The notes under the pieces: model-generated | What the model saw: the letters and a program-made list of their open reading frames with translations, nothing else | Databases searched by the model: none | Told to the model about the DNA's origin: nothing | Program-made: the position numbers and the translations under genes | Part shown: piece after piece, positions 9,914-19,743 of the stretch | How the letters are laid out: each line of letters begins with the position of its first letter | Position numbering within the stretch: the stretch's first letter is position 1 | Source of the DNA: an uncultured Verrucomicrobiales bacterium | GTDB taxonomy: Bacteria; Verrucomicrobiota; Verrucomicrobiia; Verrucomicrobiales; DEV007 | Direction of reading: 5' to 3' | Assembly (NCBI GenBank): GCA_938091905.1 | Contig: CALKOM010000017.1 | Coordinates: forward strand, 1-42,996 | Length of the DNA: 42,996 bases

Positions 9914-11056
9914 ATGTCTTCGCTTTGGCTATTTCGTGCCTCAATTTCTGGCCTTATTTTCGCGTTTTGGGTGACGACCAGCTTGGCGACGGAAGCTTAT
10001 GACCACGGAGATCCCTCTGACATTGAGCAACTCTTGCTAGAGCGAATCAATGAGACCCGCGCCAATCCTGGTCCCACCGCCAACCGGCTAGGAGTGAAGC
10101 TGAACGACGCCTTGGCTCGCCAGCCCCTTGTCTTCCATTCCGCTCTGGTTAACTCCTCAAAGGCCCACTCTGATTTCCTGATCGCGAACAACAAGTTCTC
10201 CCACGTCGGCGCAGGAAACTCGACCGCACTGCAACGCATGGCAACTGCGGGCTACCCCTTCGGAGGAAGCTATGAGGGCTGGGCCGAGAATCTCGGCCTG
10301 CACGAAACTACGGGTTTCACGGATGAGGGCGTCCTTCATCGCACCCAAGACCTCATCTTTAAGAGTGCCGAGCACCGCCAGTGGCTCCTCCAGCCCTTCT
10401 TCCGTGAAGTCGGCCTGGGCGTTGTCTTCGGGCGAACATCGGTGCGAGGCGCCAAGCAAGACGTCATCGTGATCACGGAGAAGTTCGCGACTAGTGGTGC
10501 CTCACCCAATGCAACCAGTGATGGGTCCTTTATCCAAGGCGTTGTCTACGACGATGCCAACAGCAACGCTCGCTACGACCTTGGCGAAGGCATCCCAGGC
10601 GTTACGGTAACGCCGAATGCGGGAAGCACGTATCACGGAGTCACCTCGCTCTCTGGTGGATATGCCATCCCCATGGCAGACTACCATGGACCAGTCACTC
10701 TGGCCTTCTCAGGAGATTCTCTCAGTCACTCTATCGATATGACGATGACGGGAGGACGGAGCTCGAAGGCCGATCTCCGTAAACAAGAAGTGCCTGAACC
10801 TGCCCCTCCGATCTTTGAGGCCGCTCCTCCGGCGGATCCTTCAACCCATGCGGTTCCCATTTTGGAAATCAGCCGAACAGCCGATGAGTCGATCACACTC
10901 GCCTTACCCGCCGGCACAGCGGCGGACAGGCCAATGGCCCTCCTTCACTCAAACGATCTACAGAATTGGGTGCCCTTACACGCCTCCCTGGAAGCATCCA
11001 TCGCATTACCGACCAATTACCGGCAAGGATACTATCGGCTAGCACCGCAACCCTAG
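9914..11056 (+). CDS. Secreted CAP (SCP-like) domain protein with an SdrD-B-like/carboxypeptidase-regulatory domain
   Basis: Signal peptide; LERINETRA, HSDFL...FSH, AENL, SAEHRQWLL..FREVGLG; GVVYDDANSNARYDLGEGIPGVTV; C-terminal SNDLQNW...YYRL. Confidence 0.85.
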   Translation: MSSLWLFRASISGLIFAFWVTTSLATEAYDHGDPSDIEQLLLERINETRANPGPTANRLGVKLNDALARQPLVFHSALVNSSKAHSDFLIANNKFSHVGAGNSTALQRMATAGYPFGGSYEGWAENLGLHETTGFTDEGVLHRTQDLIFKSAEHRQWLLQPFFREVGLGVVFGRTSVRGAKQDVIVITEKFATSGASPNATSDGSFIQGVVYDDANSNARYDLGEGIPGVTVTPNAGSTYHGVTSLSGGYAIPMADYHGPVTLAFSGDSLSHSIDMTMTGGRSSKADLRKQEVPEPAPPIFEAAPPADPSTHAVPILEISRTADESITLALPAGTAADRPMALLHSNDLQNWVPLHASLEASIALPTNYRQGYYRLAPQP

Positions 11057-11063
11057 AGTCCTG

Positions 11064-11093
11064 TTGCCATCTTGCGCTTATAGCAGCTACCAT
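11064..11093 (+). promoter_or_regulatory. Possible sigma70 promoter for the amidase operon
   Basis: TTGCCA-N18-TACCAT, 11 nt before the ATG at 11105. Confidence 0.3.
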
Positions 11094-11104
11094 TAGGTTC
11101 TGAC

Positions 11105-12385
11105 ATGCTCAAGACATGCGCAATCCTCCATGCGGGACTAACGTTAAGTTGGAGTAGTCTCGTTGCCCAAGATCGCGTAAGTCCCCTCAGTCCACCCGTG
11201 GACTGGAAGCGCTTGGATGCGTTTCAAGGAACCATCACCCGAACAGCCTTTGAGGGCGCGCTTAAGAAAGTCTATTCCATCGGTGACGCTTACAAACACA
11301 CGATTGAGATCCACGAAGATCACGCCCGTATTCAGACAGGCGAGGATACATGGACAACGCTCAAATTCTCGAAGAGCAATGCTCTCAAAAGAACCACTCG
11401 GCGCTTCTGGCGGAGCCGAAAGGAAATCCTCCCAAGTTTAACTAAAGAACGTCCGCTCAACAGCGTCCGGATCGCTCTGGATCCTGGTCACCTAGGCGGG
11501 CCATGGGCACGAATGGAAGAACGCTGGTATATCATGGATGATAGCGAAAAGCCAGTCACTGAAGGTGATCTCACTCTGATCGTTGCAAAGTTGCTTGAAA
11601 CACGCCTGGAAGCACTCGGAGCCATTGTATTGCCTGTAAGGGCTTCTAGCAAGCCAACCACGCCTCGGCGCCCGAAAGATTTTGAAGATCTCGCTCGAGA
11701 GGACCTAAAACGCATGGGCCTGACAGACCCGCCCATAAAGTATGCTCTTGAAGCACCACTGGAAGACCGTCGAAAGAGCGTGCAATGGCACAGCGAGAAG
11801 TACTTCTATCGCATCAGTGAAATCCGTCACCGCGCGCAAAGAATTAATCAGCGACTTAAGCCAGACATCGCTCTTTGCCTCCATTTCAATGCTGAAGCCT
11901 GGGGGGATCCGAGCAAGCCCGAATTTGTGCCGCGCAATCACCTACACTTTCTTATCAATGGTGCCTACAGTAGCTACGAGCTGGGCATGAACGACGAGCG
12001 CTTTCAAATGATACTCCGGCTCTTGCAAGGCACGCATATGGAGGAACAAGCTCTAGCAGAGTCCGTAGCTCCACACCTCGCGAGACACACCCAGCTTCCC
12101 GCATTTCAATACATTACTAACAATGTCAAGCGACCGAGTCCCAACCCCTATGTCTATGCGCGAAACCTTCTCGCCAATCGCTTGTTTGAATGTCCGGTCC
12201 TTTACTTCGAACCGTATGTCATGAATTCCGAAGACGTCTTCGCACGGGTGCAGGCTGGTCTTTACGAGGGAGAAAGAGAGGTCAATGGCATCACCCGTTC
12301 CAGTATCTTCCACGAGTATGTCGAAGGCACCGTAGAAGGACTCGTCGCCTACTTCACCACTACCCAGGAAGCGCCCAATGAGTAA
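11105..12385 (+). CDS. N-acetylmuramoyl-L-alanine amidase (Amidase_3-like), exported
   Basis: IALDPGHLGG, TEGDLTL, LCLHFNA, LYFEPY (Zn-ligand and catalytic pattern H/E/H/E). Confidence 0.8.
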   Translation: MLKTCAILHAGLTLSWSSLVAQDRVSPLSPPVDWKRLDAFQGTITRTAFEGALKKVYSIGDAYKHTIEIHEDHARIQTGEDTWTTLKFSKSNALKRTTRRFWRSRKEILPSLTKERPLNSVRIALDPGHLGGPWARMEERWYIMDDSEKPVTEGDLTLIVAKLLETRLEALGAIVLPVRASSKPTTPRRPKDFEDLAREDLKRMGLTDPPIKYALEAPLEDRRKSVQWHSEKYFYRISEIRHRAQRINQRLKPDIALCLHFNAEAWGDPSKPEFVPRNHLHFLINGAYSSYELGMNDERFQMILRLLQGTHMEEQALAESVAPHLARHTQLPAFQYITNNVKRPSPNPYVYARNLLANRLFECPVLYFEPYVMNSEDVFARVQAGLYEGEREVNGITRSSIFHEYVEGTVEGLVAYFTTTQEAPNE

Positions 12386-13253
12386 GGTTCTCATTGTCGG
12401 TCTAGGATTCGTCGGCTCACCCCTAGCACAAGCTCTTCATGCAAAGGGTCATTCAGTCATCGGCCTCACCCATTCTGTGGGATCCGCTGAACTCTTGAAA
12501 CAAACGAGTTCCGCCGAGGTCCGCCAGGCCGACGTCGCTGAACTCGGCTCTCTCAAGCAAGCCGTGCGTGAACCCGTGGATTGGATCGTCCATTGCGCAA
12601 GTTCTGGCAGAGGAGGTCCTGACAAATACCGTCGTGTGTATCGCGATGGTTTAGCTAATCTGCGAGAATTATGTCCCCAAGCACGTGTTCTCTACACAAG
12701 CAGCACCAGTGTCTACGCCCAACTTGCAGGCGAACTTGTCGATGAAGAAGCTCCAGCCAAGCCAGATCGCGAAACCGGTCAGATTCTACGAGAAACCGAA
12801 GAACTTGCTCTCGCCTCTGGCGGCCTTGTCACTCGCTTGGCCGGAATCTATGGACCAGGTCGCTCCTTTATACTTCTCAAATATCTTAATGGCACCGCTG
12901 TCATCGAGGGTGATGGTGGACGCTACCTCAACCAAGCCCATGTTGTGGACATCGTTAGTGCGCTCAGCCATCTCATCGAAATCAACGCTAAGGGTATCTA
13001 CAACATCGTCGATTCCACGCCTCAGACCCAACGTGCAATCTTCCAATCCCTGGCGGATCATTTCCAAGGCGAACTCCCACCCAAGGCACCCCCAGACTAT
13101 GAGCGTAAACGTGGCTGGACGCACAAGCGCGTTTCCAACGCCAAGCTCCGAGCCACGGGTTGGGATCCTCGCTACCGAAGCTTCCAAGACGCCATCGCCC
13201 ATGATGCAAGTCTGATCCCGTCCATTCGCGATCTCATCGATCACCAAGACTGA
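12378..13253 (+). CDS. NAD-dependent epimerase/dehydratase (atypical SDR)
   Basis: IVGLGFVG, YTSSTSVY, RLAGIYGPGR, KRVSNAKL. Confidence 0.9.
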   Translation: MSKVLIVGLGFVGSPLAQALHAKGHSVIGLTHSVGSAELLKQTSSAEVRQADVAELGSLKQAVREPVDWIVHCASSGRGGPDKYRRVYRDGLANLRELCPQARVLYTSSTSVYAQLAGELVDEEAPAKPDRETGQILRETEELALASGGLVTRLAGIYGPGRSFILLKYLNGTAVIEGDGGRYLNQAHVVDIVSALSHLIEINAKGIYNIVDSTPQTQRAIFQSLADHFQGELPPKAPPDYERKRGWTHKRVSNAKLRATGWDPRYRSFQDAIAHDASLIPSIRDLIDHQD

Positions 13254-13268
13254 CACAGACACTCACGC

Positions 13269-13883
13269 CTAATGTTTGATCACCACGGGTGTGCCAACCT
13301 TCGTCTTCTCATAGATCACTGGCGCAATCTTCCTGGGCATGCGAATGCAGCCATGTGAAGCAGAGTAGGTGGGCACATAGCCCACGTGCATGCCAATACC
13401 AGTGTTGGTCAGCCGCATCCAGTATGGCATGCTCGCCCCAACGAACTTGCCGCCAGGCGGAATCTTGCTCTTCCGTATATCACTCCCAGCAACGCGTCCA
13501 CCACTCTCGTTGTAGATTACGCCATAGAGATTAGAGCGTTTGTCTTTCTTCTTCCCAATAATACTAAACGTCCCCGTTGGCGTAGGATGCGATTTCTTTC
13601 CCGGTGACACAGGCGTATCTATCGCCACTTCGTTAGCCTCGTTTAATACACGTGCACGGCGTTCACTCAGCGTGATCTCAATGCGCGACGTTTCTGGCGT
13701 GAGCAGTGGGAGCAATTCTTCATTCTTATAAATGAGCCTTTTAATGTTTGGCTGCGCCTTAAAAGCTTCATGCGCCTTCTGGTATTTAGTTAGCCCAGGT
13801 TCCTCCGGCTCTTCATCCTTTGGGAGCACAGAACACGAGGGGACTAGCAGGAGAAGGAAAGGAATCCAAAACGTCCATTTCAT
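13269..13883 (-). CDS. L,D-transpeptidase (YkuD family) lipoprotein
   Basis: Lipobox LVPSC; HPTPTGTF, MPYWMRL, GMHVG...ASHGCIRM. ATG at 13883. Confidence 0.92.
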   Translation of the reverse strand: MKWTFWIPFLLLLVPSCSVLPKDEEPEEPGLTKYQKAHEAFKAQPNIKRLIYKNEELLPLLTPETSRIEITLSERRARVLNEANEVAIDTPVSPGKKSHPTPTGTFSIIGKKKDKRSNLYGVIYNESGGRVAGSDIRKSKIPPGGKFVGASMPYWMRLTNTGIGMHVGYVPTYSASHGCIRMPRKIAPVIYEKTKVGTPVVIKH

Positions 13884-13928
13884 GAAACGCGAACGTGCCA
13901 CAAGAACGCACGCTGTAAAGTTTGAGCA

Positions 13929-16900
13929 TCAGCGGGAACGCTGCACATAAGCCTTCCCCTGTCGATAAAGCGCTAGTCTCTCCTCTAGTCGTTTGGCCAC
14001 CCCCATTTGATTGGCAGTCCGAGCCAGCTCGAGAGCACGCTGCGCAGTTACGATAGCCTCGGGAAACCTCCCGCCGGCAGCTTGTGCGGCTGCCAGGGTA
14101 TCAAGCGGCTCCGGCATGTCTCTCTGGCCGACGGCACGAACTTGCAGCGCGAGGCGCTCCGCCTCAGCAGGCTCACGTAAGTTGGAATCGGACGCCGTCG
14201 CGAGAAGCCAGGCAAGGCTATTCATCGCCGGAAGATGTCTCGGCTGCAACTTCAGCACCTCCCTATACTGGCCGATAGCAGGCTCATATTCACCGGCATT
14301 CTCAAAAAGAATGGCGAGCGCCACACGGGCCTCCAGATGTTGCGGTTGGTATTGAAGAGCACGAATGTGGGCTTGCCGCGCTTTTGTCAGTCGCTTCAAC
14401 TCGGCAAACTGGTTGCCAGCTTTATGGTAGATGCTAGCAACCGTCGAGCGGGGAATCCCATCGCTCCTCCCTGGCTTTGACACGTGATTCTCAAGATAGT
14501 TGTAGCCAGCATCCGTTTGATTGATCTCTAACAGTCGGTTGGGAATGGCCAGGAGATCTGCCGCGAGAGGGCGATTCAACCAGCGCCCTTCGAAAGGCAC
14601 GGCTTCATCACGAAACTTTTCATCGGGGACGGTGGCCAGCCTACGATCCTTCAGCACCGTCGCGACATCAAGTGACCCTTTGTAGAGAACCAGCAATTCT
14701 CCCGTAGGATTCACAAGGAGACTGCTAGGCAAGGCAGCTTCGCGTTCGCGTCCCGGCAGAGCCCGCTGCACAACATCAAAGGCTTCCAGAAAAGCGGGAG
14801 TAGCTTGTCCTCGAGTAAAGCTCGCGTCTGCCAGAGCAATCGTCTCTACAGCGGTTTCCACATTGACCAGGCACACCCTCACCTTCGCTTGAGCGAGGGC
14901 CTCTGCCTGGGCAGAAAAGGCACGTATTTCTGCTAGACAGGGTTGGCACCAAGATGCCCATAGCATGATCAAGGTAGGCTCACTCGCAGCTTTACTAGCA
15001 TCTTCCAACAGGCCCCTGGAATTAATATAGGGCAAAGGCGGCAACGGAAGCTTTGCGTGGGGCAGTAGCCGTGCACTCGAAGCTGAGTCAACGGTTGCCT
15101 GTGGTGCTTGCGCTAAGACGCTCGATAACCGCCTGGGCGCCAATTTCAGGGCACCTCCCTGTGTTAGCTCATAGGTGCGACCTGGAACCACGTGGCCGAA
15201 ATCCTCGATGTCGCCACCTGGCCAACGCACGCTGACTTGAACATCGGAAGAAGCCTCGGCGATGGGCAGCCCGAAGTGCATTACTTTGCTAGACTGACCA
15301 AGGTAGCCTTCGCCTGCACGGATTGTTCGCAACAACCGCTTCCCCTGACTCAAAGTCACGGTTACGCGGGCACCAATCGCATCCCGGTTGCAGTCCGTGC
15401 CAGAAAGCTGGAAAGCCACGAACCGTTCGTTTCCATCAAACTGATTGAGCAGGAAACGCAGCCGAGGCGCATTTCGATTCGCCTGCCAAACATCCAAATC
15501 GCCATCACCATCCCAGTCGGTGAATGCTTGGGCGCGACTATCAGATGGATAGTCAAAGTCAACCAACGACGAGATATCCGTGAACCGACCGTTCCCTTCA
15601 TTGAGGTAGCAGAGATTCCGTTCACGACCGCTCCAAGACTTGCCCTCTTCTAGCATCTTTCCCAACGCATCCCACGACCGGAGGTACCGTCGTCCAAGCT
15701 GCCGACTAGCCGCATCACTAGGCAGACTGTCAGGAGATTGCGACGTGACCCGTCGCCAGAAGAAACTTCACAAGTCGCCCGTGTCTTCTGCCGAAGTGAC
15801 CATGCCATTGGCGACGAGCAGGTCTTCGTGGCTATCGTTGTTCACGTCAGCAAAGTGCGAGCTCCAGGCCCAGCGACCCATGTTCACTCCAGCGGGCAGC
15901 GTAACGTCTTCGAACGTTCCATCTCCTCGATTCTGAAACAGCGAATTGCCACGGGCATGGCGCTTCATCGCTCGGTTTGCCTCCGCATCCAGCCCCTCAC
16001 GAAACTGACGCTGGTAGGCGATACGATTGCCTGCCGAAGAGAACATATTCCCCACGTAGACGTCCATGAGCCCATCTTGATTGTAGTCTGACCACGATAC
16101 CGACATGCCTGCTGAGATGTCTTCGACACCCGCGCGCGCCGCAATGTCTTCGAACACGCCGCCGTTGTTCTGATAGAAATTGTTCCGACCAAAGTCGTTT
16201 GCCACATAGAGATCCATGTCCCCGTCGTTGTCGAAGTCCTCCCATGAAGCCGCGTAACTAAACCGTCGATTGTTCATATCCATGCCGACTTCCTCGGTCA
16301 CGTCCCGGAAACGCCAATCACCAAGATTGGCCAAAAGGTGATTCCTCACGCTGTTTTTCGCATCATGATAGGGCATGGGCCGCCCTAAACCTACACTGTC
16401 AACACTGTGACTGAAGTAGCCGCAAATGTAGACATCGAGATCACCATCGTTGTCATAGTCCGCAGCAGCCATGGAACGAGCCACCGAGTCCGACTGGGCC
16501 ACGGCTTTCTGAACAAACTTCGCCTCGCCGTCATTGGCATAGAAGAAGACATGCCGCCCCGCTGCAAACACGAGATCCTGATCACCATCGTTATCCCAAT
16601 CAACAAGAAGAGCGCTGTTTGTGGACTCGAGGAAATTCACACCCGCTTCCCTCGATACATCGACCGCCGTGCCACCAGCTTGCTGCACAAACAAGCGATT
16701 GGGAAGACCACCACTCTCACAAACATACAGGTCATCCAGCCCATCGCCATTGACGTCGCCCACGGCAAGCCCATGAGGACCTGATACTTCAATCCCAAAC
16801 CTCCAATCCAATCGATCTCGCCAGTGATCGATCCCGTTCGCAAATTGGTCGCGAAAGGCGGCTTCCTTTCCAATCACGCTCCCGGTGGCGTCGGCAAAGA

Positions 16901-17576
16901 GCGGCAACGCACTGGCTTGGCGCTCGACCCGCTCATAGGAAAGCAACTCCGCAGATCGCAGCGTTACCGCTCCACCACCAGAGATATCCCAGAGAAGCTT
17001 CCACATGGCATTCTCTTGCACCTGCTCAGAAGCTCGATCCATGAGCAGCGAGACTGAAACCTTTCGGTCCGACAGCTCGGTGATATGAACGACCTTAAAA
17101 TGGGCCTCCATTTGGTTAGGCCAAGAAGCCAGCCATGTTGTTCCGTCTACCGTCTTCTTGGGTACACCTCGGCAAATCTCATAGGGAGGATTCTCGTAAA
17201 CCAACGGAAGCCCGTCTGCTGTGGTAAGGCTACCCCTAAACTCAGACGCCAACTTCAAGGGACTCGGCCCATCACGCCTCGCACGAACCCAAACGTCAAA
17301 TGCCTTCATCGTCTTAAGGATGTTGCCAGACACCACTTCTGTAGACCAGCCGTCTTGCGATGGATCCACACGCACCATCTCGCTCTGCAGCGCCGTGTCG
17401 AACCGATCCGACGACAATCCTGGCACAGCGCTTAGTTCATTAGAACTTGTAGCCACTGATACCGAAGGTTCTCCAGAAGCTCGTGAGGTCGGTTCCTTCT
17501 CACCGCACCCGCACACCGCGCCGGCGCAAACCAGCATGACGAGCCTAACTAGGGAGACCATCCGAACATTGTTCAT
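13929..17576 (-). CDS. Putative selenoprotein lipoprotein (~1215 aa): FG-GAP/VCBS repeats, Sec603, ASPIC/UnbV (CRTAC1-like), thioredoxin-like WCQPC, TPR
   Basis: ORFs 15768-17576 and 13929-15665 share a frame, with only the TGA at 15768-15770 between them: DTGDL*SFFWRRVTSQSP...GKSWSGRERN. Many DxDxDG repeats, RDAIGARVTV..GEGYLGQSS, WASWCQPC, and C-terminal TPRs (NSLAWLLAT..DTLAAAQA). The domain call is strong; Sec decoding is inferred. Confidence 0.78.
15740..15756 (-). promoter_or_regulatory. Putative bacterial SECIS element
   Basis: mRNA: UGA-AGUUUCUUCUG (11 nt)-GCGACG-GGUCA-CGUCGC. Perfect 6-bp stem, loop starting GG, 17 nt in total. Confidence 0.72.
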
Positions 17577-17614
17577 GCATCCATTGACTGGGCCAGATTA
17601 TTCTTCTCTGTCTC

Positions 17615-18742
17615 CTACTTCCGTGAGCGCTCGTAGTCATAGACAGCCTTACCCAGGGCAATCATGAATGGTTCGCCGATGGTATCGTATTCGTAGACGT
17701 TGTCGTTGTAGATCTGGTTAGCATTCACATGGATGGCAGTAGACAGAAAGAAGGCAATGTCATGGTCTTCATCGACGATGTAGGCATTGTCGATCATGTA
17801 TCCATAGGCCTGGCCGGATTTATTGTAACAACGTAACGTGTCGCGAATTGGCTGTTTCGCCCATCCAAGAAAGTTTTTCACATAGGTGTCTGGTTCCTCC
17901 CGAATGGCCGCATCGGTCGTGGCCGCACATTCGCGTGGGAACTGACCCATCGTCGTTTTCACAAACTCGCGATCCGCTGGGGTGAGCCTTAGCCCTTCTT
18001 CGCTCGGAAAGTAAACCTCGCGGACCAAGAGATGCTGCTCGTGTAACGGGAAGACGTTCTTATGCGAGAAATCCATGGGCTCATTTACGAGAACGCCTGA
18101 ATCGAGATAGCCCACGCCTTTGCGCAACGTCTTGCCAGACCTGCCTGCGGGAGAACTCATCAAGGAAAGACTCTCCGAATGAAGTAACTCACCTTTAGAA
18201 TCGAGAAAACGGATCGGATTAGCGAACGTCATGTGATTCAATCCCAACGCATGGACAATCTGCGTGTCGGTTAGCCCCAAAGCTCGCAGCCGCTGTTGAC
18301 ATTTCTCTTCACCCACAAAGGCAAAGAGACGATTAAACGCTGCATTGTCGCTGACGATAAAGATCCGCCGCACATCCTCCGCGACCGATGACGGCTCACC
18401 GTCGTACGGAGGCATCGACATCGTCGTCTCACGGTTCAATCTTGGCCCAGCTAGATTGGCGACTTTCTCCAGAGCAAAGAGGGCCACTGGAAACTTCACC
18501 GTGCTAGCCGGGTAGAAGTAAGTCTCCTTATTCAGATGCCAACCATGCTCAATAAACTTGGGCCCCTCTTCCGTCTTCTCGATCTGCACGTAGAGCACCT
18601 GGACTTCGTTATCCGGCTTGTTAGCGATACTATTAAGAGGTGCAGGTAATTCCGAAAGTAACCGCGAAAGCAAAGGACTATCGTTTGCCTCAGTGAAACT
18701 CATGCATAGAAACAGAACAGAGAGCGTCTTCGATAGCCACAT
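17615..18742 (-). CDS. Exported serine hydrolase, class A beta-lactamase-like fold
   Basis: FYPASTVK (SxxK), VSDNAAFN (SDN), NKSG (KTG-like). Confidence 0.85.
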   Translation of the reverse strand: MWLSKTLSVLFLCMSFTEANDSPLLSRLLSELPAPLNSIANKPDNEVQVLYVQIEKTEEGPKFIEHGWHLNKETYFYPASTVKFPVALFALEKVANLAGPRLNRETTMSMPPYDGEPSSVAEDVRRIFIVSDNAAFNRLFAFVGEEKCQQRLRALGLTDTQIVHALGLNHMTFANPIRFLDSKGELLHSESLSLMSSPAGRSGKTLRKGVGYLDSGVLVNEPMDFSHKNVFPLHEQHLLVREVYFPSEEGLRLTPADREFVKTTMGQFPRECAATTDAAIREEPDTYVKNFLGWAKQPIRDTLRCYNKSGQAYGYMIDNAYIVDEDHDIAFFLSTAIHVNANQIYNDNVYEYDTIGEPFMIALGKAVYDYERSRK

Positions 18743-18748
18743 GAATCT

Positions 18749-18777
18749 AGCATAACCAACCGCCCCATCGTGTCCAA
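18749..18777 (-). promoter_or_regulatory. Sigma70-like promoter, predicting a leaderless transcript
   Basis: TTGGAC-N17-TATGCT, then 6 nt, then the ATG at 18742; no Shine-Dalgarno sequence. Confidence 0.45.
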
Positions 18778-18825
18778 GCGTTGTTTCTGGTGGCGGGAAG
18801 ATTGACCATGTCGTAGCCTTGTCTC

Positions 18826-19743
18826 ATGCGCCGACCCCTCGCATGGCTCCTGCTACTTGCCGTCATTTCCATGGCGACGGGCTGCCTGGAAGTCCATCAG
18901 CAGTTCACGATCAATCCAGACCGTAGTGCGAAAGTTCGCGTGAAATTGGCTTTCGATCTCGGTCTGCTCGAACGCGTCCAGGCAGAAACCGGCATCGACA
19001 TGAAGAATGAGGTCAATGAGGCCGAGGCGACGATGCGCAGTCTTGCTCGGCAATGCATCGCAACCGCGACCGGGGTAGATGCATGGACGGACTACAGCAT
19101 GGAGATTCGTCCCGGCGAATCCATCACTGTGTGGATGACGGCCTACGTACCAGAAGTCACCCATTTCAAACTAAACCCGAACAACGGCGAAATCCCTAAC
19201 ATGACACTTCGAATGTCACGTAGCGCAGCGAGTGAAGAAAGGTGGAGCGTGATTCTTCCTGGACTCAATGATCACAAAGTCAACGAGGAGGAGCCAGTTC
19301 AGCCCCTGAGCAATGAAGAGGTCGCTGAGGTGCTGGCGGAACGTCGAACGCAGTTTGATGAAGAGTCGGCAGAGTCCAAGGTGCTCTTTGAATCACTCAA
19401 GATCACTTCGGCACTACGATTTCCTGGCAAGGTGGTCAAGACCACCAACGCAACACGGACGTCACGTCAAGAAGTGACCGTCTCCTTCGAGGGAAAGCGC
19501 TTCTACGCCATGATGGAAAATATCTTGGCCGACGATCAGTTGGCACCCAAGGCCTTTCGAGATGGAGCCGAACTTCATAGTAGCCTTACCTTGCCCGGTA
19601 ATCAGATCAATGCGTGGCTCTTTGGAGAGAAAGCTCCCGTCAGTGTCACCGTGACACCAGGCGAGCGGGCTTTATTTGACTATGAGAAAGAGCTCGCTAT
19701 CGCCAAGGCTTCACCGCCACCCGAGTTTCCTGAAGACGAGTAG
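18826..19743 (+). CDS. Hypothetical lipoprotein
   Basis: Lipobox MATGC followed by LEVHQQFTINPDRSAKV; FPGKVVKTTNA. Confidence 0.75.
   Translation: MRRPLAWLLLLAVISMATGCLEVHQQFTINPDRSAKVRVKLAFDLGLLERVQAETGIDMKNEVNEAEATMRSLARQCIATATGVDAWTDYSMEIRPGESITVWMTAYVPEVTHFKLNPNNGEIPNMTLRMSRSAASEERWSVILPGLNDHKVNEEEPVQPLSNEEVAEVLAERRTQFDEESAESKVLFESLKITSALRFPGKVVKTTNATRTSRQEVTVSFEGKRFYAMMENILADDQLAPKAFRDGAELHSSLTLPGNQINAWLFGEKAPVSVTVTPGERALFDYEKELAIAKASPPPEFPEDE

Noticed and set aside
9609..9914. tRNA-Leu as an integration site for an island
   Set aside because: No integrase or duplicated tRNA 3' end seen; purT lies directly downstream.
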